Of a DNA stretch of 34,594 nucleotides, positions 7,326 to 15,113 are shown piece by piece. Under the pieces are notes generated by a model, which saw only the letters and a list, made by a program, of their open reading frames with translations, was not told where the DNA came from and did not search any database. The stretch's first letter is position 1, and each line of letters opens with the position of its first letter. Origin of the DNA: an uncultured Dehalococcoidales bacterium. Its GTDB lineage: Bacteria > Chloroflexota > Dehalococcoidia > Dehalococcoidales > JAFGLR01. The DNA lies in NCBI GenBank assembly GCA_964547925.1, contig CAZJQF010000003.1, positions 11,875 through 46,468 of the forward strand, given 5' to 3'. A program made the position numbers and the translations under genes.

Positions 7326-7340
7326 TAGAACATTGTTCTA
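7326..7340. promoter_or_regulatory. Perfect 15-bp palindrome TAGAACAtTGTTCTA; candidate operator upstream of the GH3 cluster
   Basis: Perfect dyad centred on T7333. It lies between the terminator and the 7392 start and overlaps a weak promoter-like TCAATA-16 nt-CAGAAT. Confidence 0.45.
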
Positions 7341-7391
7341 GTACAGAATACCTTCCAAATCCTGAGATTCAGTGCCATAGTGTAAATCATT

Positions 7392-9626
7392 ATGGTAAAT
7401 ATTTTGATAGGCTGTCTAGGTTTCTTTATTACCCACGCTTTTGACGTTGTGGCCCTGAAAGGTATTAAAAAAGTAAAGCCGGTAATCTGGCTTATCGGAA
7501 ACGGACTAATTGCTTATTCATTAGTAATGTTATGCCTTTCCGAGCCCAATATAGGACTACCCGGCTGGTTAGCCTGGGTAGGCTGGCCTTTAGTCCTCTT
7601 TGGGATATATTTTCAGGTTGCTGCGATTACCACTGATTTACCGGTTAAGAAGACCTATGTCGAATCGGGAACCAGCAACCAGTTAATAAAGACGGGATTT
7701 TTTGCGATGGCCCGCCACCCCGGTGTCATCTTCTTCATTATATTAACAATCGGTTTAACACTCATTTCCGATTCGTTATTAATGCTAATTGCCGTAGCGG
7801 TATTCGGCGCCCTGGACATTATTCTCGTGACCGTTCAAGATGTGTATTTTTTCCCCAAGATGTTCGCCGGTTATGAAGAATACCGGAAAGAAACGCCAAG
7901 TATTATTCCGACGATTGAAAGCATCAAAGCTTGTATTAGAACTATAAAACGACCCCAGATAAAAACAAAGGAGGCACAAACAATGATCAGCACCGATAAC
8001 ATTTTTATTAACGGAAGCAAGGAAGAAATCTGGCAGCGGTATTGTGGTTTTCTCGATTTAAAAATGAATGATTTCATGAATATTCAGAGGAGACTGCTTC
8101 TTGAGCAAATCGAGCTGTTGAATAAGTGTGAGCTGAATACAAATATTATGAAAGGCGTGAAGCCCCATACCATTGAAGAGTTTCGTAATAAAGTACCTCT
8201 GACTACTTACAATGATTATAATGCGTTCTTTGCGAAACGCCGCAAAGGAATATTACCGGAGAAACCTTTAACCTGGATGCACACAGCCGGTCGTTCCGGG
8301 GAATTCACAAAGTGGATACCCGTTTCGGAAAGACGGTATAAAGCCATGGGTGATTATATTATTGCGGTAATCCTGTTAAGTACCAGTAAAAGACGCGGGG
8401 AATTCAATTTAAAGAAACACGATAGAATCCTTTACGCTCTGGCCCCGCCCCCCTTTATGACCGGAACCTGGGCAAGACGTCTTGAAGAGGCTTTACCCGT
8501 TAGTTTCCTCCCGTCACTCGATGACGCAGAAAAAATGTCCTTTTCGGATAGAACTCAGGAAGGCATTAAAATTGCCATGGAAGACGGCATGGAAATTATC
8601 GGGGGAATGTCGAGCGTCCTGCTTGCCATCGGTCAGAGTCTAAAGGAAAAGAAAAGCAAGATTGAATTGTTACCGTTATTGAAAAAACCCAAGAAACTCG
8701 GCCGGGTATTAAAGGGGATATTAAGAAGTAAATTAGCCGGTCGTGCTCTTTTGCCGAAAGACTTGTGGTCGATGAACGGTATTATGGCCGGCGGTGCGGA
8801 TACCGCAATTTACCGGGAAAAAATCAAGGAGATGTGGGGTAAACTTCCCCTGGATGTATACGCTTTCACGGAGGGCGGTCCGATTGCCGCACAGACCTGG
8901 GCTTATAACGGAATGACCTTCTTCCCCAGTCTCAATTTCTATGAATTTATACCGGAATCAGAAATGATTAAGTCGAAAATTGATCCCTTCTATACTCCAT
9001 CAACCGTTACATTGGATGAAGTCCAGCCGGGTAAAAATTACGAACTGGTTATCACCAATCTATTAGGCGGTCCCCTAGTCCGGTATCGTAACGGAGACAT
9101 CGTACAAATCACTTCATTACGGGATGAGAAATATGGTATAGATATTCCGCAGATGGAGTTCCATTCCAGAGCCGAGAATATTATCGATATCGCCGGGTTC
9201 ACCCGCCTGACCGAAAAAACAATCTGGAAAGCTATCGAAAACTCAGGTATAGACTATAAAGATTGGACTGCCCGTAGAGAAGGCAAGGATAAGTCCACGC
9301 TACATATTTATCTTGAACTGAATAAAAACGGTATCGATAAAGATGAAATTACCACCAGCATTCATCAAAAACTGGCGGAGCTGGATACGGACTATGCAAA
9401 TATCGAAGCTCTATTAAGTATGAAACCGTTACAGGTAACCGTATTACCCAACGGTGCGTTTAAGAATTACTCTGCGAGACAGCAGGCATCCGGTGCCGGT
9501 TTGGGGAAGTTAAAGCCGCCTCACATTAATCCGTCAGAACAGACACTCGAATCTCTGATTAATGGGTCAGAATTACTTACGGCTATCGTTCCGTCTCCGG
9601 ACGAATATGAAAAGGTAACCAAATAA
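7392..9626 (+). CDS. Fusion protein: N-terminal ICMT/PEMT-like membrane methyltransferase module plus a GH3-family acyl-acid amido synthetase (adenylating) module
   Basis: aa 1-190 are polytopic, with LIKTGFFAMARHPGVIFF...FFPKMFAGYEEYRKETPSIIP (the ICMT-family RHP...FG..Y..Y...T..IP signature). aa 198-744 carry GH3 signatures FRNKVPLTTYNDY, TAGRSGEFTKWIP, DVYAFTEGG and LVRYRNGDIV. An in-frame ATG at 7983 with AAGGAGG at 7968-7974 sits exactly at the domain junction. Confidence 0.75.
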   Translation: MVNILIGCLGFFITHAFDVVALKGIKKVKPVIWLIGNGLIAYSLVMLCLSEPNIGLPGWLAWVGWPLVLFGIYFQVAAITTDLPVKKTYVESGTSNQLIKTGFFAMARHPGVIFFIILTIGLTLISDSLLMLIAVAVFGALDIILVTVQDVYFFPKMFAGYEEYRKETPSIIPTIESIKACIRTIKRPQIKTKEAQTMISTDNIFINGSKEEIWQRYCGFLDLKMNDFMNIQRRLLLEQIELLNKCELNTNIMKGVKPHTIEEFRNKVPLTTYNDYNAFFAKRRKGILPEKPLTWMHTAGRSGEFTKWIPVSERRYKAMGDYIIAVILLSTSKRRGEFNLKKHDRILYALAPPPFMTGTWARRLEEALPVSFLPSLDDAEKMSFSDRTQEGIKIAMEDGMEIIGGMSSVLLAIGQSLKEKKSKIELLPLLKKPKKLGRVLKGILRSKLAGRALLPKDLWSMNGIMAGGADTAIYREKIKEMWGKLPLDVYAFTEGGPIAAQTWAYNGMTFFPSLNFYEFIPESEMIKSKIDPFYTPSTVTLDEVQPGKNYELVITNLLGGPLVRYRNGDIVQITSLRDEKYGIDIPQMEFHSRAENIIDIAGFTRLTEKTIWKAIENSGIDYKDWTARREGKDKSTLHIYLELNKNGIDKDEITTSIHQKLAELDTDYANIEALLSMKPLQVTVLPNGAFKNYSARQQASGAGLGKLKPPHINPSEQTLESLINGSELLTAIVPSPDEYEKVTK

Positions 9627-9642
9627 AATAAAAGGTATACTT

Positions 9643-10455
9643 GTGGATAATATTTACAAAGAAATATTTTCGAGGAATCTGGGCTTTTTCAATGAGTCTG
9701 AGCAGAACCTACTTCGCAATACCACAGTTGGTGTTGCAGGAGTAGGTGGGGTTGGCGGATTACTGGTCGAGAGATTGATACGGGCAGGGGTCGGTCATAT
9801 CAAATTTACCGACCCCGGCACGTTCGAAGTGAGTAATCTGAACAGGCAGTTCGGCTCAACTATCCATACTATTGATAAATACAAAGCCAGTGTCGTCTAT
9901 CAACAGGTAAGGGATATCAACCCGGAAGCTAAAGTTGAGTACTCCGAAAGAGGTTTGCAGGAAGAATCGGACATTGAGAAATTCGTGGAAGGCTGTGATG
10001 TAGTAGTCGATGAGATGGACACGACCGCATTTAAACAGTCGATTTTACTACAAAGAGCGAGCAGAAAACACGGAATAAAATATATTTTTTCATGTGCTTT
10101 AGGATTCGGGGGTCTACTGGCAATATTTTCATCGGAAGGACAGACGCTGGAAGAATATAATGGAATCACACCTGGAGCGGATCTCGATAAATTAGGTAAT
10201 TTAACGATATCGCTAGAAAAGATGGCTCCCGTTATGCCGTCTTATGCCAGGGCGATTCCATCAGGTTTAATAGAAAAGGTTATGAAAGGCGAAGCTCCGA
10301 TACCATCAAACAGTCTAGGGGTTGGTCTTACATCAATAATGACAGCAAGTGAAACCATCAATGTGATTTTGGGGAAAAGGGAGATATATTTAGCTCCCAA
10401 ATATGTTTATCTTGACCTTTTAGACTTACGGGTAGTTATAGGAACCATGTCCTGA
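9643..10455 (+). CDS. ThiF/MoeB/HesA-family E1-like adenylyltransferase (270 aa)
   Basis: Rossmann nucleotide motif VGVAGVGGVGGLLVERLIRAGVGHIKFTD followed by VSNLNRQ, and DVVVDEMD. I see no CxxC zinc pairs and no rhodanese domain. GTG start. Confidence 0.8.
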   Translation: MDNIYKEIFSRNLGFFNESEQNLLRNTTVGVAGVGGVGGLLVERLIRAGVGHIKFTDPGTFEVSNLNRQFGSTIHTIDKYKASVVYQQVRDINPEAKVEYSERGLQEESDIEKFVEGCDVVVDEMDTTAFKQSILLQRASRKHGIKYIFSCALGFGGLLAIFSSEGQTLEEYNGITPGADLDKLGNLTISLEKMAPVMPSYARAIPSGLIEKVMKGEAPIPSNSLGVGLTSIMTASETINVILGKREIYLAPKYVYLDLLDLRVVIGTMS

Positions 10456-10534
10456 TATTTGAGTTTATTTTAATAACCGTGCAATACTAATACATTATTG
10501 TACTAAATTTGGTTTACTATATCGGAGATAAGCT

Positions 10535-12379
10535 ATGAAAACTTGGATTTGTACTACTCTCTCCAGCTTTTTTAGTCCAATGCAAGGGGCTGCACGGTTA
10601 CATGCGTATGTAAAAAATAAAGGATACGAAGTATGTTTAAAGGATTATAATCAGAATGCTTACTTCTGGCTGTTGTCACGGAAAAATTTAGAACAAGCCT
10701 GCCAGACCTTAAGCTATTCCATAGACTCATCCTCACGCAATCGATATTACCGGGAAGATATAGGCGGTATTTTAACTTTTGCCTCAACCAATAGGATTAA
10801 TGAGTTAATTACAAAGATTACAGGGCAAAAAGAAATACCCCATAAAGACGTATTTTATAACTTACTGGGATTACAGGAACAGATAATTTCAGAAGTTGAG
10901 CAATCAAGGCAGTTATTGGATAGTCATTTTTTAAGCTTACCGCCAGAGGTATTTCTTACAAATTACAGGACATTGCTCGTTGGTAAAGCCATTTTAGACG
11001 CTGTTTATTATCCTGCTATCCTTGATATGGGATTAGGTTTTTTTGGTAATGCCTACTCCACAAGTGCGGAAGATATCTTTCGAGCAACATCGGACAATAG
11101 GTTTAATTTCACTATTCCCTACTTTCAACAGGTAATGCTTTCAGAATTAGAAAAAGAACAACCTGACTTAATCGGCATCTCAATCACGCATACATCCGAA
11201 TTTGTTCCCGCGCTGACCCTTGCAAGGATGGTTAAACATACCAACAAGAAAATCCATATATGTTTAGGAGGATCAACTGTAACTGAAGTTGGTTACAGGA
11301 TTTCTAAAAACCCGCGTTTGTGGGAGCTATTTGACAGCATGGTGCTTGGCCCAGGCGAAGTGGCTTTCAGCGAACTCATTGAAGCGGTCTCAGCGAATAA
11401 AAACCTGGAGAGAGTTCCTAACCTTATATATAAAAATAACGGAGTAATCAGCAGAAGTTCGGAGGAACATGAGTTTGATATCAATGACGCTTGCACCCCG
11501 GAGTATGTATCAGTAAGGCCCAAAACGCCTCTGCCTCTCGAAACCGCATCTGGTTGTTACTGGGGGAAATGTATATTTTGTTATTATCCAAGACAGGGAG
11601 CTGCCGATATTAATACAGGATTTAATAAAAAACGAATACGTGACATCGACCTGGTTCTCCAAGATATACGTAAACTTAAAGATACGTATGATCCTGGATA
11701 TATCGGAATTACAGATTCATCTTTACATCCGAATCGAATTGAGCAAATAGTCGATTATAATAACAAAAATAGTAATCCGGTGAAATTTGCCGCGTTTATC
11801 CGTCTGGAAAAAGAATTTAAATCTGCCGAGTTCTGTAAAAAGATAGCAGCCGGTGGCTTTCTAGGAGGACAGGCCGGATTAGAATCGGGATCTCAGCGAG
11901 TTAACGATATAATCAATAAAGGAGTTAACCTTGAAGATGCTGAAATTATTATACGCAATTTATATAAAGCAGGTTTACTGACTCATTTATATACACTTGT
12001 AGGTACACCGGGTGAGACGGCTCAAAATGCCGGTATGACGCGCGACTTTATTAAACGTCTTCATAAGGAACTTATTTTGGGTTGGCAAATTTATTCATTA
12101 TATGTCGTCGAGAATGGTCCGCTTAGTGAAAGAGCAGAAGAATTTGGCCTTAAAGTGTATCCATTATCCGACGAGTATTTGTCTCAATTTACAGTATTTT
12201 CCGTTGATAAAGGATTATCTCAAAGTGAGAGTACCACCTTGGCTTTGCGTTTTTCAGAAGAGCTCAGGCCCTTAATCAGTGAGTTGCACAATATTATGGA
12301 TATAGAGTCTCATAAGATATTCTTATTGACACAAAAAGCAAATGGATACGGTTTAACAAATACTTATCTTGGGTCATAA
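10535..12379 (+). CDS. B12-binding-domain radical SAM protein (614 aa)
   Basis: Cobalamin-binding-like Rossmann segments (ARLHAYVKNKGYEVCLKDYN ... PDLIGISITHTSEFVPALTLARMVKHTNKKIHICLGGSTVT). The cluster motif is SGCYWGKCIFCYY. Downstream GLESGSQRV is a radical SAM core motif. GGAG lies 7 nt upstream of the ATG. Confidence 0.8.
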   Translation: MKTWICTTLSSFFSPMQGAARLHAYVKNKGYEVCLKDYNQNAYFWLLSRKNLEQACQTLSYSIDSSSRNRYYREDIGGILTFASTNRINELITKITGQKEIPHKDVFYNLLGLQEQIISEVEQSRQLLDSHFLSLPPEVFLTNYRTLLVGKAILDAVYYPAILDMGLGFFGNAYSTSAEDIFRATSDNRFNFTIPYFQQVMLSELEKEQPDLIGISITHTSEFVPALTLARMVKHTNKKIHICLGGSTVTEVGYRISKNPRLWELFDSMVLGPGEVAFSELIEAVSANKNLERVPNLIYKNNGVISRSSEEHEFDINDACTPEYVSVRPKTPLPLETASGCYWGKCIFCYYPRQGAADINTGFNKKRIRDIDLVLQDIRKLKDTYDPGYIGITDSSLHPNRIEQIVDYNNKNSNPVKFAAFIRLEKEFKSAEFCKKIAAGGFLGGQAGLESGSQRVNDIINKGVNLEDAEIIIRNLYKAGLLTHLYTLVGTPGETAQNAGMTRDFIKRLHKELILGWQIYSLYVVENGPLSERAEEFGLKVYPLSDEYLSQFTVFSVDKGLSQSESTTLALRFSEELRPLISELHNIMDIESHKIFLLTQKANGYGLTNTYLGS

Positions 12380-12556
12380 CTATTTATCAAAGGAAGCATC
12401 GTTGCTGCAATTGATATCAGGTATTAGACCATTACAGGTCTGTATTTCGTTAGAGTATCGAAAACATTAAGTCGTTTTAGTTACTTCCGCATAATATTGT
12501 CCGTCATCAAATGGGTATTTAGTACTATGGTCGCACGTGGCATTTAATTATTAGTG

Positions 12557-12585
12557 TTGACAATTAAGCAATTCTAGGCAATAAT
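12557..12585 (+). promoter_or_regulatory. sigma70-like promoter (TTGACA-17 nt-AATAAT) for the GGDEF/HD-GYP gene
   Basis: TTGACA at 12557-12562, 17-nt spacer, AATAAT at 12580-12585. It lies 32 nt upstream of the 12618 start. Confidence 0.55.
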
Positions 12586-12617
12586 CATTCTAAAAGACTT
12601 AAGTTGAAGAAAAACAA

Positions 12618-15113
12618 TTGAACATATATACATCTATACCGCTTTTCAGCGCAATAATATATTTCGTTCTGATATTTTTTGTTTTAAACTCCGGGGTCAG
12701 TAGTACTAAACGAGCCTTCATTCTTTACTTATCTGCAACAATGCTCTGGAGCATCTCGGCATTCATTATTCACGGTAATTTTTTCCCCCAGAATACCCTA
12801 TTGATTAACCAGATAGTAGTTGCAACTGGTTTTATAGTGCCTATTGCATATTATTATTTTATATCTGCATTCACCAATAAAGTCTCCCCACTATTGATCA
12901 TATTAAGTATTTTTTGTTTGGTGACTGTATTGATATTAGATTTCGGTGGGTTTATAGTAAAAAGCTCAGTCGTGGTTGATAACGTACTTTACGTTAAGAT
13001 GAGCATTTTCTTTATGTTAAGTTATCTGGTAACGTTTGTGTTTGTCGGTTTTGGTGTATATTATTTGGTAATCAAATTCCGGAAATCAAACGATCCTTTA
13101 GAACGCAATAGAGTTTCTTACTTGATATTCGGTGTGATCGTGCTAATGGTTTTTAATATCGGTAACTTTTTTGATGCTACATCCAAATATCCCATTGACC
13201 ATGTTGGAAATGTTTTTTACGCTCTGATAATAACCTATACCATCATGAGATATCAGTTATTGAATATCAAGTTTATCTTCCGGAAAGGCTTGACCTACGT
13301 ATTGTTATTACTACCCATGGTGGCTCTTTATGTAGGAATCCTGATTGCCGGTCTGCATTATTTCCCCAGTATTTCGCCCGTTGCAATCGGTATATTTACT
13401 ACGGTAATGGTACTGTTATTGGTTATCGCTTTCCGTACTCTGAATCACGGGGCACAGGAATTAGTCGACCATATATTTTACCGTGAGACATACAAGCACC
13501 GTCAGCTCTTATTAAATATCAGTAATAAACTGGGCGGCGTAATTAACCTGAGCCAGTTAGCCGATGAGATATTACCAACTCTTTGTAAAGCCCTGAGAAT
13601 TTCGCGTGCCCAGTTACTCCTGAGGGATAATAACGGAGGGTTTTCCGCTCAATTTGCTTATCCCGAGATCGAAGAAACGGAAACGGCTCTCGCACTGGAT
13701 TCGGATAATCCGATAATAGGTTGGTTGGAAAAGAAAAACAGACCGTTTGAATTAAGAGAATTGGAAAATATTCCGGAGTTCAAAGGTTTATGGCAATCCG
13801 AGATAGATGAAGTTACCTCAACGAAACTGGGACTGTTTTCTCCGGTTAAAAATAAAGGTGTTCTAACCGGGATATTTGCATTAGGGAAAAAACAGTCCGG
13901 TGTATATTCACAGGAAGACCTCGAGATGACAATGGCGGTGGCCGGTCAGGCCGGTCTGATTATCGAAAATGCCCAGCATTATTCACAGGCATTGTTAAAA
14001 GCCAATACCGACGGACTAACCGGGCTTTATAACCACCGGCATTTCCATGAAAGGTTGGAACAGGAAATTGCCCGCAGTTCACGTTTCGGGACGGTGTTTT
14101 CAGTCATAATTGCGGATATCGATTTATTTAAAGTCTATAACGATAATTACGGGCATCTTGCCGGTGATGAGGTTCTCCGGCGTATCGGAGAATATATCAA
14201 GAGTTCAATCCGGAGCATCGATATTGCTGCCCGGTACGGCGGCGAAGAGTTTGGCGTTATTTTACCGGAAACACGTTTAATGGATGCCCAGGTTGTCGGA
14301 GAACGTATTCGTAAAACAATTGAAGCAAAGACTAATTCACGTGCCATGCCCGTGACCATAAGTGTCGGATTGGCCAGCTGGCCGATAGATGGTGTTATGA
14401 AAGAAGAACTTATCAACCGGGCAGATAAAGCTTTGTACTTTGCTAAACAAAGCGGGAGAAACCGCGTGTGTTTATCCACGGATGTCGTTGATAAAAATCC
14501 ATTACAAAGTGAAAAAGAACTGGAAGTTAATCCCAAATCGCTGAGTATGATTTATGCTCTTGCGGCGACTGTCGATGCGAAAGACCATTATACCTACGGT
14601 CATTCACGGAAAGTAAGCGAGTATGCCGTAGCTCTCGCAGAGGGGGCAAAACTGCCCCAAGAGAAACATTCCATAATCAGGGCTGCCGGATTATTGCACG
14701 ATATCGGAAAAATCGGTATTCCGGATTCTATTTTGAATAAAAAGGAACCCCTTTCCCGTGACGAGTGGGAACCGATAAAAGCCCATCCTCAATTAGGCGT
14801 GGCCATAATCAGACATATTGTGGATTTAACCGATTGTCTGCCGGCTATTTTACACCACCACGAGCACTTTGACGGCAGCGGTTATCCGGCCGGTTTAAAG
14901 GGCAAAAATATACCTATAGAAGCACGCATTTTATCAATAGCCGATGCCTATGAGGCGATGACTTCGCCGCGCGCGTATAGAAAACAGATGACGACCGATG
15001 AAGCGATTGTCGAATTAAAGAAGTGTGCGGGAACACAATTCGACCCGGAGTTAGTCCAGGTTTTCTGCAAACTTCTGGAAACCACACCATCGTGGCGTAC
15101 TACTCAGGGCTAG
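12618..15113 (+). CDS. Membrane sensor protein: 7TM N-terminal domain, GAF, GGDEF diguanylate cyclase, HD-GYP phosphodiesterase
   Basis: About 270 aa of TM helices (HisKA_7TM-like) and a GAF-like region. GGDEF domain: DGLTGLYNHRHF and RYGGEEFGVIL, with RSID (RxxD I-site) 5 residues upstream. HD-GYP domain: HSRKV...LLHDIGKIGIP...HHHEHFDGSGYPAGL. TTG start. Confidence 0.85.
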   Translation: MNIYTSIPLFSAIIYFVLIFFVLNSGVSSTKRAFILYLSATMLWSISAFIIHGNFFPQNTLLINQIVVATGFIVPIAYYYFISAFTNKVSPLLIILSIFCLVTVLILDFGGFIVKSSVVVDNVLYVKMSIFFMLSYLVTFVFVGFGVYYLVIKFRKSNDPLERNRVSYLIFGVIVLMVFNIGNFFDATSKYPIDHVGNVFYALIITYTIMRYQLLNIKFIFRKGLTYVLLLLPMVALYVGILIAGLHYFPSISPVAIGIFTTVMVLLLVIAFRTLNHGAQELVDHIFYRETYKHRQLLLNISNKLGGVINLSQLADEILPTLCKALRISRAQLLLRDNNGGFSAQFAYPEIEETETALALDSDNPIIGWLEKKNRPFELRELENIPEFKGLWQSEIDEVTSTKLGLFSPVKNKGVLTGIFALGKKQSGVYSQEDLEMTMAVAGQAGLIIENAQHYSQALLKANTDGLTGLYNHRHFHERLEQEIARSSRFGTVFSVIIADIDLFKVYNDNYGHLAGDEVLRRIGEYIKSSIRSIDIAARYGGEEFGVILPETRLMDAQVVGERIRKTIEAKTNSRAMPVTISVGLASWPIDGVMKEELINRADKALYFAKQSGRNRVCLSTDVVDKNPLQSEKELEVNPKSLSMIYALAATVDAKDHYTYGHSRKVSEYAVALAEGAKLPQEKHSIIRAAGLLHDIGKIGIPDSILNKKEPLSRDEWEPIKAHPQLGVAIIRHIVDLTDCLPAILHHHEHFDGSGYPAGLKGKNIPIEARILSIADAYEAMTSPRAYRKQMTTDEAIVELKKCAGTQFDPELVQVFCKLLETTPSWRTTQG

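Noticed and set aside
7326-7340. Palindrome TAGAACAtTGTTCTA considered as a Gram-positive-type LexA (Cheo) box
   Set aside because: The Cheo box is GAAC-N4-GTTC, whereas this dyad has GAAC-N3-GTTC. No SOS-type gene follows it. It is kept only as a generic operator candidate.
14147-14536. 129-aa minus-strand ORF
   Set aside because: It lies antisense within the well-conserved GGDEF domain coding region.
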